From: an uncultured virus (IMG/VR IMGVR_UViG_3300031994_000090)
Lineage: Duplodnaviria > Heunggongvirae > Uroviricota > Caudoviricetes
Length of the DNA: 64,000 nt
Strand: one strand, 5' to 3'
IMG/VR virus record: IMGVR_UViG_3300031994_000090
Part shown: positions 37,801 to 47,658 of the stretch, piece by piece
Layout: every line of letters begins with the position of its first letter
Position numbering within the stretch: the stretch's first letter is position 1
The notes under the pieces: model-generated
Told to the model about the DNA's origin: nothing
The model's database searches: none
Seen by the model: only the letters and a program-made list of their open reading frames with translations
Translations under genes and position numbers: made by a program

Positions 37801-39728
37801 CAGATAACGAGAAGAAAGTTAATAAGGAGACTGCGCAGGAGAAGATTAAGGATATGGCGCAGACCTACCTTGCGGAGCAACTGAAAGCCAGAAATATCAA
37901 CCTTCAGGACTGGGGAGATAAGAGTCTGGCCCAGGTGCGCGACATCTTCCGTGACCTTAAGAACATCATGGAGGATTCCACCATTGAGAAGATGTTCGAC
38001 GAGGATGCCCGCAAGAAACTCGAAGAGGACGGTTACGACCTTTCCGCGCTCATAAAGGAGATTTTGCGCCTTCTGGGGCTTTACATTAAGGAAACCGAAC
38101 AGGAGGGATGGAAGAAGGCTTCAAAGATTGCTGATTCTATTGCAGATTCCTTCACCGAAATGGGCTCTGCTCTCGATAAGGCCGCAGATAGTTTCGACGA
38201 CATATCCAGTAGAGGCTACAAGGTAAACAAGTCCCTTGCCGGTGTGTTCAATCAGATTGGCTCTGGTTTGAGCGCCCTTTCCGGCATGTCTGAAACGCTT
38301 GAGAAAGTCTCATCCGGCGAGAGTGTCGGTATGGGCGACGCCTTCTCCGCCGGTGCGAAACTTCTTTCAATGGTTGCCAATGCCTACTCATCTGTTATTC
38401 AGGCTCAGCAGAGACTGAAAAAGGAGACGGAAGAGTGGGAAGCAACGCTTCGTAAGGCCGCATACGAATTGATAAACATACAGATGGATGCTTTGGATTT
38501 CAGTGAAAAGAATCCTTTGTATTCATCAAGTGTGTACGAAAAGGCCGCTTCTGCCACCAACAAGTTCCGTCAGAACTCCGAGAAGATGGCCGAACTCTAC
38601 AAGACCATTGCCGGAGGGAAGACGCAGGTTGGCCAGAAGCAGGTCATTGACGGCTTGCAGACTGGTGCCGGTGCGGGCATGGGTGCACTTGTTGGCGCCG
38701 CCTCCGGTGCCATCATCGGCTCCGCCGTGCCGGTTATCGGAACGGCGATTGGTGCTGTCGTCGGTGGCATCATCGGCCTTATCGCCGGTGGTGTTGGCGC
38801 CGGTGCGAGTAGCGCTCACATGGAGCCTATCTTCGGCACTCTGCAAGAGAAGTACGGCAGTCTCCTTGAAGAAGGCACGAAGACATTTGCGCTCAAGGCG
38901 GAAATCATGGCAGAATATGCTGCCGGGAAACTGGATGAGACTACCTCCGCCGCTATTGCAGAGCTGGAGGAACTTCGTGCTAATCTCCAGGAGGCCATAG
39001 ACCTCGTGAATGAGAGCATCACCGATGTGGTGGGCGACCTTTCCAAGACGCTTTCCGATGAGATTGCGGAAGCATTCACGAATGGAAATATCTATGACGC
39101 CGTTGACGCCTTCCATGATTACCTCACCGATGCTATTCAAGACCTTGTGATGCAGGTGGCCATGGCGCGTTTTGTACAGCCGCTCCTTGACCAGCTTTAC
39201 GAGGGTATGCTTGGCTCCGTCGGGATGAAACTCGACGAAGATGGGAATCCTTACTATGTTGGCGGCGGGGATGGTAACTATACCGACGACTTGAAGCGTT
39301 TTGAGGATGGACTTGCGGAGGTGATGCCAGGGCTTAATGAGTACCTTGCGGCGGCGAAGGACGCTATGCTTGCACTTGGTGAGTATAATATCTTTTCTCC
39401 AGACGATGACAAATCGGGCAAGAACTCCCTCGGCAACGGCATCCGGTCCATCACCGAGGACACCGCGAACCTCCTTGCCTCCTACCTTAATGCTATCCGC
39501 GCGGACGTCTCCTACGGAAAGACGCAGTGGGAACGCATTGCGGTGGCCGTGGAGGGCCAGAACGGGCGATACATCACCCTTAACGATTACATGCAGCAGG
39601 TGGCAGCAAACACCTTTGATACCGCGCAGAACACGCAACGTCTGGTGGAGCGCGTGGATGCTTTCATTCGCGACTTCTCCCTCCCTTCCGGCTATGGCGA
39701 AAGTATCAAGGTTCAGGTTGTCAATTAA
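34803..39728 (+). CDS. Tape measure protein
   Basis: 1641 aa, LAVKSPY...YGQVRS...LRGQEVRQF, Ala-rich helical, hydrophobic Gly segment. Confidence 0.92.
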   Translation: MADIDSLKFSMVLDSDKFEKDMKRVEGMAEKFEKSVRDALAISNLLDASQSKGAKATKEKAAAQKEVVLLTRQELEAKRAAGTITDKELKQLKALVAADKQLLDEENKKLTAQKKQLDIENKTLNAAKKKEDAERRHSAAVNATNKHVGTQSVLMRQITSYLGTYVSLWGGMRLVSNIVRITGEFEAQRAALRAILMDAAGADRIFYQLQELAVKSPYTFRDLTSYAKQLSAFSVPMDEIYETTKKLADVSAGLGVDMSRIILAYGQVRSAAFLRGQEVRQFTEAGIPILSELAKQFEEIEGHAVSTGEVFDRISKRQVPFEMVEEAFRRMTSEGGKFYNMQEVLAETVKGKLSNLQDSWEIMLSKVGDANSGLIKGTLSLVTELINNYEKLGQVLLEVAVAYGTYKAAVAAANVMQGAALASKLTQFVDGKKISSLTILVQTLANVTKKGLSSVLGVVTKHPFAIALAGVMAGVTALILHLRKMNEHLRETDKITSKAIASAEASKSNIHYYIQRLKEAKEGTEEYNRARQDVIDQAGNFISATDAERLSLENVDDVWVNICNHIEEATKLQAMQSATAQAAASKQEAQLGVMDALASYQTRKNNEHNGWFGAKKGTVISNESRQNIASYIRGEIDYEELVNRLSGQINGTDAWATFRGSDLGDALARAKAWRQEYEEAEKIYNETVARAKQNMGDLYGSGEKPTPEGPSPLEGWRAAVKEYIDAFGGGNRGMEVTNATALADYIKKGADALDAARDALKHTPKNDPGYKKLENDIKFYEGISEAIYGKGFTEYDNTTKKYKTNQKELTKAQKERLNGYKQQVENLKTIYSTYRALAPMFTDEYGNLDEGGLATVVSNLFGGDSVPKNMEEFAGAFKVLAESMETIDPNSAQDVLNLIAGMTAKDVGSQYQKSATAAKRFSEFLDTMGTRTSNIFGEGIQRKALELASGVDKANAKVDAEAAKRRKELLAGQFAYEKEGHEKTWAEYLEEGNKAIDAWADNEKKVNKETAQEKIKDMAQTYLAEQLKARNINLQDWGDKSLAQVRDIFRDLKNIMEDSTIEKMFDEDARKKLEEDGYDLSALIKEILRLLGLYIKETEQEGWKKASKIADSIADSFTEMGSALDKAADSFDDISSRGYKVNKSLAGVFNQIGSGLSALSGMSETLEKVSSGESVGMGDAFSAGAKLLSMVANAYSSVIQAQQRLKKETEEWEATLRKAAYELINIQMDALDFSEKNPLYSSSVYEKAASATNKFRQNSEKMAELYKTIAGGKTQVGQKQVIDGLQTGAGAGMGALVGAASGAIIGSAVPVIGTAIGAVVGGIIGLIAGGVGAGASSAHMEPIFGTLQEKYGSLLEEGTKTFALKAEIMAEYAAGKLDETTSAAIAELEELRANLQEAIDLVNESITDVVGDLSKTLSDEIAEAFTNGNIYDAVDAFHDYLTDAIQDLVMQVAMARFVQPLLDQLYEGMLGSVGMKLDEDGNPYYVGGGDGNYTDDLKRFEDGLAEVMPGLNEYLAAAKDAMLALGEYNIFSPDDDKSGKNSLGNGIRSITEDTANLLASYLNAIRADVSYGKTQWERIAVAVEGQNGRYITLNDYMQQVAANTFDTAQNTQRLVERVDAFIRDFSLPSGYGESIKVQVVN

Positions 39729-39764
39729 AGTTGTACTTTGTTGTAGTTTTTGTAAATTTGCAAT

Positions 39765-40349
39765 ATGGCTTGGCTACCCTTCATAAACAACTACAAACCC
39801 TTCTACATCCAGACCGCAAATGACACTGCGGCCTGGAGTACGGAGGTCTATGGACTTGTCGCCAAGTCCAATCCCTATCCTATCATGCCAAACCCGAAGG
39901 CCCCTTACAACAATGATTTCAAGGATGCCAACGGGGACGATGAATATGTACAGGATATGTTCTACGAGTCCCAGGAAATCAGCGTCAAGTTCTACTGCAA
40001 GGTTCCGGGGGCAAGCGAAGCGGAGAAGTTACTTCGTCACCAGGTAGCGGCCTTCTTTGAGAAGATAAAGAAGGGCGAGTTCCTGATTTATGATTCCTAC
40101 ACGGGGATAGGGCGCCAGAAGGTGCGTTATGCCGGGTACGAGGAAGATTCCTTTGTGGCAAGGGATGATTACGCCCGGGTGATTTTCACCGTGAAATTCA
40201 AGGTGAACGACCCGCTTACGCAGATGTATTACAACGACGTGACGGGGCAGATTACTGACGACCCCGCAGAGGGGCGCACAGACCTTCTCGGAAGCGAGGA
40301 TAATGCCTATATCATCACGGAAGAAGGACTTTACATTCAGGTAGCATAA
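39765..40349 (+). CDS. Distal tail protein-like
   Basis: After tape measure gene; FKVNDP motif. Confidence 0.6.
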   Translation: MAWLPFINNYKPFYIQTANDTAAWSTEVYGLVAKSNPYPIMPNPKAPYNNDFKDANGDDEYVQDMFYESQEISVKFYCKVPGASEAEKLLRHQVAAFFEKIKKGEFLIYDSYTGIGRQKVRYAGYEEDSFVARDDYARVIFTVKFKVNDPLTQMYYNDVTGQITDDPAEGRTDLLGSEDNAYIITEEGLYIQVA

Positions 40350-42607
40350 TGGCACGGATAACGATATACGACAAGAGTGGAAATCCTAAACTCAATTCCC
40401 ATGGAGACCGAATCTATGGGAAGATGAAGTATGTGGGGCAGACCATGAGCATATCCTATCTGGAGTTCAATATCGTCTCCCCCTACCCGATTGCCTGGAA
40501 CGTGGGTGATTATGTGGATTACGGGGCCGGATTGATTGGCATCAGAAATATCCGCTTCATGCTTTTCACCATCCCGCAACCAAGAAAGGATGCGGAGGGT
40601 GGCCTTTATGGTGGCGGATTCGTCTATTCCGGCGTGCAGTTCCACGACCTCGGGCAAATCCTCACCCTTGCTCCTTTTACCGACATGCAGGTTGAAAATG
40701 ACAACCTCATTCATTATTCGACCAGGAGCGGCCTTTCAACCTTTGAGAACGTGGCCGGTATTCTTGCCCGGCTCCAGGCTTGTGCCGATGCTTTCCGGCT
40801 CTCTCTTGGCGCCGACGACCCGATGAAGGGGGCGAAGTTCTATTTTCGCCTTTGCACTCGCGACACTACCGCCGCACACCTTACCGTGGCGCCTAACAAC
40901 ACTCTCGGCGGCGAGGATATAGACAAATATGAGGAGTTGATTGACGAGGCCCGTGCAGTCACCATTGACGGCTTTGTGCTTGACGGCTTGAATGATATTC
41001 AGAACGTCTGGCCCGCTATCGGGTGGGACATGAAGTTCTCTCTCTGCGATTGGTATTATGATTATGATGCCCATAACCGCATCGTGTATGCGGAGGACAT
41101 GCTTACGGGTATTGCTTTTAACTACTTCTATCGCAGCGCGACAAGCAGAACCCCGAGCAGCATAAAGGACGAATGGGGGCAGGAGGTTGGCACTCTCCCC
41201 GAGAGGATAGTCTTTGTTACCATTGGCGCAGTGAACTTCGTTTCCAATGCCGAGTATTCTGTTCCCTTCCAGCGCCATAACGGCCTTGTGAACCTCCGTA
41301 GATACATTACCAACCAAGACACTTTCCTCACTCGCCTGGTGGCTTATGGCTCCGAAAGGAATCTTCCCGGAAGGTATTACAACGGGAAGGATATTCTCAA
41401 CGCGGATTCGGTGGATATTCCGAATCTCATGCTGCCTATCTCCACTTGGGGGAAGACCTACGGGCGTATTCACGATATGGTGATGAGCATCGACTATGAG
41501 ACGGTGCTGAATGAGGACGGGAGCATCAAGACCGCAACCGCCTTCTACAACAACATCAAACATGTCTATACTTACTCCTACAATTCTACGAACCTCACAT
41601 ACGAGGTTAGGGATAAGACCGGCGAGGTGGTGGCAAGCGGCAGTTACACTGCGACTTCTTTCCCTACGACGGATATTCTTCCGCAGACCTATCGTGAGGT
41701 GCAGAGGCTTCTTCCCGATGCCCGCAAGGCGTTTATAGAGGACGAAGAAAAGATTGCGATGTATGGGGTTATCACGAAGACCGTGCGTTTTGATAATGAT
41801 AATGACGGGGACATCTATCCCACTTTGCAGGGCATGACCTTGCAGGATGTGATAGATTCCATTGGGCTTTCAAAATTGAAACCCACCGCTACCAGTAAGA
41901 CCGACGGGCTTGTGCTGAAAAAGGTTGGCGACGACTGGGTGTCCTATATCGCCGGTCTTGACGATGATATTCAGAAGGAAATCTCCGAGGACTCGAAGTA
42001 CAGGGTGATGCTTCTCCGTTACGGGTTTGCCCGTCGCGGCCAGTGGTTCCCGATGAAGGGTGCCATGGGTTCCGCCATCCGTCGCCAGAACCCCCGCCCG
42101 GACCAAATGTCAACTCACACGACGCGCCGCTATCCCTCCACGACGAAGACGAAGAGGGAGGTTGAGCCGAACTCGTATCAGCTTGTAAGGCGGGGCGATT
42201 CCAACGGGCTTTCACCGGAGCGCTACCGCATTATTGGCCGTGATATTTTGCTTCACGGCTCTATGCCATCACATAGCCAGCTCACCTATGCGACAAGGAA
42301 TGATAGGATTTACGCCGGTGCCACGCTCGCAACCAGACTTGGGGCCGCAGTGGTCCCGCCACGCATAAGGAAGCATGACATTTATACTGCGAAGTCTTCC
42401 GGCATCACATATTATTCCAACTCGAAAAAAGATGGTCTGACAGACCTCTATATCGGGCTTTATCACTATGAACCGGATAGGGGTTGGGTGCTTGTGAGTA
42501 ATGTATGCAAGATACGCGGAAGGGCGAAACGCCCCGGATATACGACCAAATACGACAATACGAAAGTGTGGTTTGGAAATGAGGACAACATTATCCTCGG
42601 GGGATAA
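40349..42607 (+). CDS. Tail/baseplate hub protein (N-terminal part)
   Basis: TRLVAYGSERNLP, NLMLP, DIYPT motifs. Confidence 0.65.
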   Translation: MARITIYDKSGNPKLNSHGDRIYGKMKYVGQTMSISYLEFNIVSPYPIAWNVGDYVDYGAGLIGIRNIRFMLFTIPQPRKDAEGGLYGGGFVYSGVQFHDLGQILTLAPFTDMQVENDNLIHYSTRSGLSTFENVAGILARLQACADAFRLSLGADDPMKGAKFYFRLCTRDTTAAHLTVAPNNTLGGEDIDKYEELIDEARAVTIDGFVLDGLNDIQNVWPAIGWDMKFSLCDWYYDYDAHNRIVYAEDMLTGIAFNYFYRSATSRTPSSIKDEWGQEVGTLPERIVFVTIGAVNFVSNAEYSVPFQRHNGLVNLRRYITNQDTFLTRLVAYGSERNLPGRYYNGKDILNADSVDIPNLMLPISTWGKTYGRIHDMVMSIDYETVLNEDGSIKTATAFYNNIKHVYTYSYNSTNLTYEVRDKTGEVVASGSYTATSFPTTDILPQTYREVQRLLPDARKAFIEDEEKIAMYGVITKTVRFDNDNDGDIYPTLQGMTLQDVIDSIGLSKLKPTATSKTDGLVLKKVGDDWVSYIAGLDDDIQKEISEDSKYRVMLLRYGFARRGQWFPMKGAMGSAIRRQNPRPDQMSTHTTRRYPSTTKTKREVEPNSYQLVRRGDSNGLSPERYRIIGRDILLHGSMPSHSQLTYATRNDRIYAGATLATRLGAAVVPPRIRKHDIYTAKSSGITYYSNSKKDGLTDLYIGLYHYEPDRGWVLVSNVCKIRGRAKRPGYTTKYDNTKVWFGNEDNIILGG

Positions 42608-42730
42608 AAAATAAGTGAGAAAAAGAGAAGGGAACAACGCATGCCACCCAATAAACCCAGGTGCACGGGCCCCAACACCAAGTCTCACTTACGATAGGAC
42701 AAAGATAGGAAGAATTATTGAAAAAGCAAT

Positions 42731-44554
42731 ATGGCAGTTTACATTAAGATAGACGACCCGGCGAAATACTACCAGCCGACACTCGTAACTGACGCGGCCA
42801 CCGACAGGGTGGACGAGATTGCCGTCGGCTCCAACGGTGGCGGCAAGGGCTATATTGCAAATTCGGGGCAACAGGATGCGCCAATGACGCTTGTTGTGGG
42901 TGAAAGAAAACTTATGGAGGTAACGCAGGGATTTGCCTTTCTTCTCGGCAGCTTCTCCGGAGTGTGGGCTGGTGTTGGGCAGGTGAAGATTAAACTTATT
43001 GATGCGTCCAATAGGGTTTTCTTTAAGGAGTTCCTTACGGATAATCCGCTTTCTTCGTATTCTTACGCGGTATATCTCTCCGTTGTCGATGCCGCCGGGA
43101 ATATGGTTAATAAACCCCTCTCGGTTACATCTGAATACGATTCCACTCTTCAGAAATACAAGCACACCTTCTCGCTCAACGCAAGCGTGTTGACCTTCGG
43201 GACGACTGGCGTATCCTCGCCGCTTGCCGACCTCTCGAAAGTATCCGTGTATTTGCGTGGTTATTTTTACGAGACGAACCACGAACTTGTAGAGTATATC
43301 GGCGGTGGCTATGAGTTGGACGCCGCGCCAGGTGGATTCCCGCTCTATCTGCGTGGAATAGCCGGGAAGTCCTGGCGCGTGAGCGCTGCGGTGGGGAACA
43401 TCTATTTCTACGGTATTTCTTCCGGCACCTTTCCATCTAACGGGGTTGAGTTTATGCCGAAGTCGGAACAAATACCCGTTACTATTAGTTCCAATTACTC
43501 CACCACCCAGATACTCCGTGCTGGAATAATTGCTGTAGTTCGCACCGGCAGTAACGAGAATACCCTGGACTATGTTCCCATAAGCCAGAAGTCTTCTGCC
43601 TCGGGGAGCCTCGATGTGAGCATGCGAACTATTCGCATAAAGGGCGTTGCTGGAAGGACGCTGAAACTGAAAATCTTTGATAAGCAGAACCACGGATGGT
43701 CCTTGTCCGTCGGCACGGGCTCTGCTTTTATTTCTCTTTCCCGTAGTTCTGGGACCGGAACCACCACAGTTAATGTTACTATTAGTAACGCTGTTATTTA
43801 CACTGCGCGATATGGCATTATCACCCTTACAGATTCCACCAATTCGCAGACCTACCAGATACCCGTCGTGCAACTCTGCACGGAGCGGTATTTTGCCGTA
43901 GAAGAAACCGTCTCGGGGCAGGCGAAGACCATTAAGGCGTATGCCGCCACTGTCGTTAAGGTCTCTTTTGAAATGGAGGTGTCATATTATAACGCGCCCT
44001 CTTTCGCCCTTAAAATTCGCCAACTCGGGTTTAATATAAACGATTTCGCCGCCGGAACCAACGGTCTTGCAACGCTCAACATGAAATCCGGTAAGTGTGC
44101 CGGACGCGATTTCAATATCACGAACTGCGCTTACGACCCGATACATGACCGTTGGGTGTTAACTCTTGACCGACTTGAGGATACTTCCGTCGGTATGGTG
44201 TTTCCGAATATCGCCTACCCCATCGAGGCCGGAGACCGTTTCGTACTCACGGATATACTAATGCCGGAAGTTTATATCATCGTGGCCGGAAAGAAACTTC
44301 TCGCAAGGGCCCGCGTGTATTATGACCAACATTCCAAGTTGAAATACCTCTACGATTTGGAGGTGGACTCAAAATGGATGGGGTCTCGCGGCGCGGTGCT
44401 CTTTCCTGGCATGTATATGCAGATTGTGGATTCAGACCTCATCGGTGCAAATCCCGAATATGTGCTTATTGATACCGTAACCATCACCGAGAATGACAGT
44501 AATATCCCTGTTTACAAGGTGACACTACGAGAAAAACTGTATTTACCAGAATAA
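42731..44554 (+). CDS. Tail protein with BACON domain (hub C-terminal part)
   Basis: W...SGTGTTTVNVT..N...RYGIIT...IPVVQ (about 43690-43875); MKSGKCAGRDF, GDRFVLTDI.MP. Confidence 0.65.
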   Translation: MAVYIKIDDPAKYYQPTLVTDAATDRVDEIAVGSNGGGKGYIANSGQQDAPMTLVVGERKLMEVTQGFAFLLGSFSGVWAGVGQVKIKLIDASNRVFFKEFLTDNPLSSYSYAVYLSVVDAAGNMVNKPLSVTSEYDSTLQKYKHTFSLNASVLTFGTTGVSSPLADLSKVSVYLRGYFYETNHELVEYIGGGYELDAAPGGFPLYLRGIAGKSWRVSAAVGNIYFYGISSGTFPSNGVEFMPKSEQIPVTISSNYSTTQILRAGIIAVVRTGSNENTLDYVPISQKSSASGSLDVSMRTIRIKGVAGRTLKLKIFDKQNHGWSLSVGTGSAFISLSRSSGTGTTTVNVTISNAVIYTARYGIITLTDSTNSQTYQIPVVQLCTERYFAVEETVSGQAKTIKAYAATVVKVSFEMEVSYYNAPSFALKIRQLGFNINDFAAGTNGLATLNMKSGKCAGRDFNITNCAYDPIHDRWVLTLDRLEDTSVGMVFPNIAYPIEAGDRFVLTDILMPEVYIIVAGKKLLARARVYYDQHSKLKYLYDLEVDSKWMGSRGAVLFPGMYMQIVDSDLIGANPEYVLIDTVTITENDSNIPVYKVTLREKLYLPE

Positions 44555-44566
44555 ATTCATACAACT

Positions 44567-46324
44567 ATGGCAGACGACGTAATTAAAATCTCAGGATTGA
44601 CGGAATCGACCGATTTCGCCAATCTGTTCACCATCGGAACCCACACCGATGAGCAGGGCAACGTCACCAGCGTAAAGGTTTCTCTTGCGAACCTTCTCAA
44701 AGTGGTGAGCGATGTCACCATCACCGAGTCCTCCGAGGATGGCGGGGTCAATGTAGTGGTCTTCACCCTCCTCAACGGGACGACCTACACCCTCAACGTG
44801 CTCAACGGCACCAAGGGCTCGCAGGGTATTCAGGGCCCCACGGGTGCAACCGGCGCGACCGGCCCGAAGGGTGATACCGGTAACGGTATCTCCAGCATCG
44901 AGGCCGTATCCGTATCCACCGAGAGCGGCGGACACTCCGTGTATCGTATCACCATGACGAGCGGAGAGACCTTCGATTTCACCGTGTATAATGGCAACGA
45001 ACTTGCGGAGAATCTCGCTTCTTGGGAGGGCTCCACTATCAATGCGGATTACACTCAGGAGCAGGCCGTTGACACCACCGGCGGAACACTCTCGATTGAC
45101 TCCGATGTTTCCGCCCAGCTTGTGAAACTGGAGGCGAAGACGGATTTCTCCGCAGCCGCGCTCTGGGCCACCGGTTTCAACCTTCTTCGTCGCGCCCGCA
45201 CCGTCGGGAGCGGCTATGCCATCATGGTTCCGGCGCTTCCCTTCGGGGCCTTCGGCACTGCTGAACAGCCAAACGGCCTCCTCTTCACGGACGCCTATGG
45301 CAACAACCTTGCGCCCACCGTGTACTTCAAGCCTCTCGCAAGTGGCGTTCCGGCCTCCGTCACGGATGGCACCCGTATCACCCCGACGGTTGTGAACGGT
45401 TATAACTTCTACTGCACCTCCGAGGCTGGCTGGATTGTCATTTCCGGCATCACTCTCGCCTCGACTTGCGCCCATATCGCATGGAGCCGTCGCTACGACG
45501 AGTATAAGGCCGTGAATGACGCCCAAGATGCCGGTGCGGAAATCTCCCTCACGGCCATCATCAATGCTTGCCATTCCTATGGGCTTTTGCTTCAGGTTGG
45601 GAATGTTGCGGATTCCATTGAAGCCGTAAGCGAAACCCAGATGAAGTGGAACCGTAAGGTTGAGAGGGTCCAGCCTTCCTGGACTAACGTGCTTCAGGAG
45701 GATGGCGCAACCTATCTCCATGAGGCTGTTATTTCGGGCATGAAGAGCGGAGGCTCCGCCACGTTCATGAACGACAACATCGCCCTTTCCGTGGACGGGA
45801 CGACGGTCTCCTATTCCGACACCAACGCCGACGCATCTACGGACTACGTGAAGTATGAGCTGGCGAGCCCCGAAAGCGGCACCGTCAACCTCACTTCCAC
45901 CTTTGCGGTCGAAGACTGGGGTATGATTGTGCTCCAGACTGCAACCGGCGAGGCAAGCCTTACTATCGCTTACGCTCAGGGCATCCCCGACACGCTCCGC
46001 GAAATTGCCTCCAACGGCTTCAAGTCCGTCAAGGGAGACCTCGGCGCTCTGGCCGACGAAGTGGAGAAGCAGAGGTATGAAGTGCCCTTTGAGGCCGCGT
46101 TCGACCGCATGCCGATGCTCGGAGGTCAACCCGGTATCCTTTTCTGCGACGGCACTCCTACTGCGTCCAACAAGCCTACGAACTGGATTGATTTCCTCGA
46201 CGGCGGGTACAACTGGACCGGTCTCCCGAATGTCGAAGGGCAGCACGTGTTGGATTTCACCAATCATATCGACTACTATGGTTGGCTCAATCCCGCAACC
46301 GGTCTGCTTGAATGGAAACACTAA
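44567..46324 (+). CDS. Tail fibre protein with short collagen-like segment
   Basis: KISGL N-terminus; GSQGIQGPTGATGATGPKGDTG. Confidence 0.7.
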   Translation: MADDVIKISGLTESTDFANLFTIGTHTDEQGNVTSVKVSLANLLKVVSDVTITESSEDGGVNVVVFTLLNGTTYTLNVLNGTKGSQGIQGPTGATGATGPKGDTGNGISSIEAVSVSTESGGHSVYRITMTSGETFDFTVYNGNELAENLASWEGSTINADYTQEQAVDTTGGTLSIDSDVSAQLVKLEAKTDFSAAALWATGFNLLRRARTVGSGYAIMVPALPFGAFGTAEQPNGLLFTDAYGNNLAPTVYFKPLASGVPASVTDGTRITPTVVNGYNFYCTSEAGWIVISGITLASTCAHIAWSRRYDEYKAVNDAQDAGAEISLTAIINACHSYGLLLQVGNVADSIEAVSETQMKWNRKVERVQPSWTNVLQEDGATYLHEAVISGMKSGGSATFMNDNIALSVDGTTVSYSDTNADASTDYVKYELASPESGTVNLTSTFAVEDWGMIVLQTATGEASLTIAYAQGIPDTLREIASNGFKSVKGDLGALADEVEKQRYEVPFEAAFDRMPMLGGQPGILFCDGTPTASNKPTNWIDFLDGGYNWTGLPNVEGQHVLDFTNHIDYYGWLNPATGLLEWKH

Positions 46325-46339
46325 TAAGCATTACAAGAT

Positions 46340-47602
46340 ATGAGTGAAATTAGATTAACCAAAAACCCCAAGCGCGGCGATGCCGTGCTGGGGGTTATCG
46401 GCACCAACCAGGTTGAATTTGCAACCCACGAGAGTATGTTGAGCGCATCGCTTGACACGAGCAAGTATGAATACATCGGCCCCGTGTTCAGGCGCAAGGG
46501 TAACGACGTGCTCTATGGATACCACACAACCGCGTCTCGTGTGTGGGCCGAGCGCTATTCCTACAAACTAACCGGGTACACGCTCGATGGTGCTGCCCAC
46601 ACCGGCGTACTTTCCATCCGCGAGGCGTCCGACTCCTGGGCCGCGAACCATGACTACACCGTTGCCTATGCGGCTTCTACGGTGGACGAAATGGTGACTC
46701 TGCTCAACACCTTCTTTCTCAACCCCACCAACGCGGTCTTCCAGACCCAGGACTGGTACGCGGTGAAGGAATCCGACGATTCAATCACTATTCACTTTGC
46801 CTATACAGACTGGAGGCAAGCAGGTTACAACTCCGGCAAGAGCGGATTCGCCCTTACGGCCAACCTTCTCCCGGATGTCACATCCCTTGCCAATATCCGC
46901 CGTAAGAGCGGGGCGACCGGAGGTGAAGGTGTTATCAGTTCATGGGAACGCGCTCTGGCGTATTTCCGGGGTGATAACTCCTCCACTACATACAATCCAA
47001 ACGCCGATGTGACGGACGTCAAGAGGACCTATCCAATCTGTCTTCCCGGATACCTCGGAACGAGTCAGTACCAGAGCGACCACTGCGCCTTCCTTCGCTC
47101 CATCTACGGAGAAGGCGAAGCCGGTTGGCTCAAGTTCATGCAGAGCTGTCTGCCGGTGCTTCCTTCCGACTGGGGTAACATGGGCATGCGTGACGGAAAG
47201 GCCAGGACTCAACTCCTCGCCTCGAAGTTCTATACGAGCCACAAGAAGACCGACCCCACCCCGCTTTGTCCTGCTGCGTACTACGCCGCGAATATCGAAA
47301 CCGCTACTCTGCCGAAGGGAACCTTCTCTCTCGGTACGACGGAAGAGGTCTTCGAGATTCTTGACGGAATCAAGTACGGAACCAACGGAAGCCGCGATGC
47401 GGACAAGGTGAACGCCCTTCAGAACCGCATGGGTAAGAGTGCAATTTCAAATGGTTCCTACCTTTGGTCTTGCCTTCGTCTCAGCGCCTTCGGCGCGTGG
47501 TATGCGTATGGCTACGGCGGTTTCTTCAACTACAACGGCTTGTATAACGCCTACGTTGTTGTGCCCGTGGCGCATCATAAGCTGAGCGACAGCGAAGACT
47601 AA
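46340..47602 (+). CDS. DGR target protein, putative receptor-binding adhesin
   Basis: C-terminal VR1; follows tail fibre and precedes avd. Confidence 0.9.
   Translation: MSEIRLTKNPKRGDAVLGVIGTNQVEFATHESMLSASLDTSKYEYIGPVFRRKGNDVLYGYHTTASRVWAERYSYKLTGYTLDGAAHTGVLSIREASDSWAANHDYTVAYAASTVDEMVTLLNTFFLNPTNAVFQTQDWYAVKESDDSITIHFAYTDWRQAGYNSGKSGFALTANLLPDVTSLANIRRKSGATGGEGVISSWERALAYFRGDNSSTTYNPNADVTDVKRTYPICLPGYLGTSQYQSDHCAFLRSIYGEGEAGWLKFMQSCLPVLPSDWGNMGMRDGKARTQLLASKFYTSHKKTDPTPLCPAAYYAANIETATLPKGTFSLGTTEEVFEILDGIKYGTNGSRDADKVNALQNRMGKSAISNGSYLWSCLRLSAFGAWYAYGYGGFFNYNGLYNAYVVVPVAHHKLSDSED
47453..47574 (+). repeat. DGR variable repeat VR1
   Basis: 17 mismatches to TR, all at TR adenines. Confidence 0.95.
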
Positions 47603-47615
47603 ATCTTAAACCTTC

Positions 47616-47641
47616 GGACGGCGGGCTCCGTACCGCCGTCC
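47616..47641 (+). promoter_or_regulatory. DGR target-recognition hairpin
   Basis: GGACGGCGG-GCTCCGTA-CCGCCGTCC, just after target stop codon. Confidence 0.75.
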
Positions 47642-47658
47642 ATAACTTCCTATTTGAT

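Noticed and set aside
40349..44554. Stop-codon reassignment joining the two tail ORFs
   Set aside because: The spacer has TAA, TAG and TGA in frame, and all other genes read normally in code 11
44807..44882. Gly-X-Y repeat as a novel element
   Set aside because: Short collagen-like segments are common in phage fibres
44591..46321. Long antisense ORFs (also 36789-37880, 38526-39638, 42689-43873, 58822-59850)
   Set aside because: Shadows of codon-biased sense genes; no recognisable motifs
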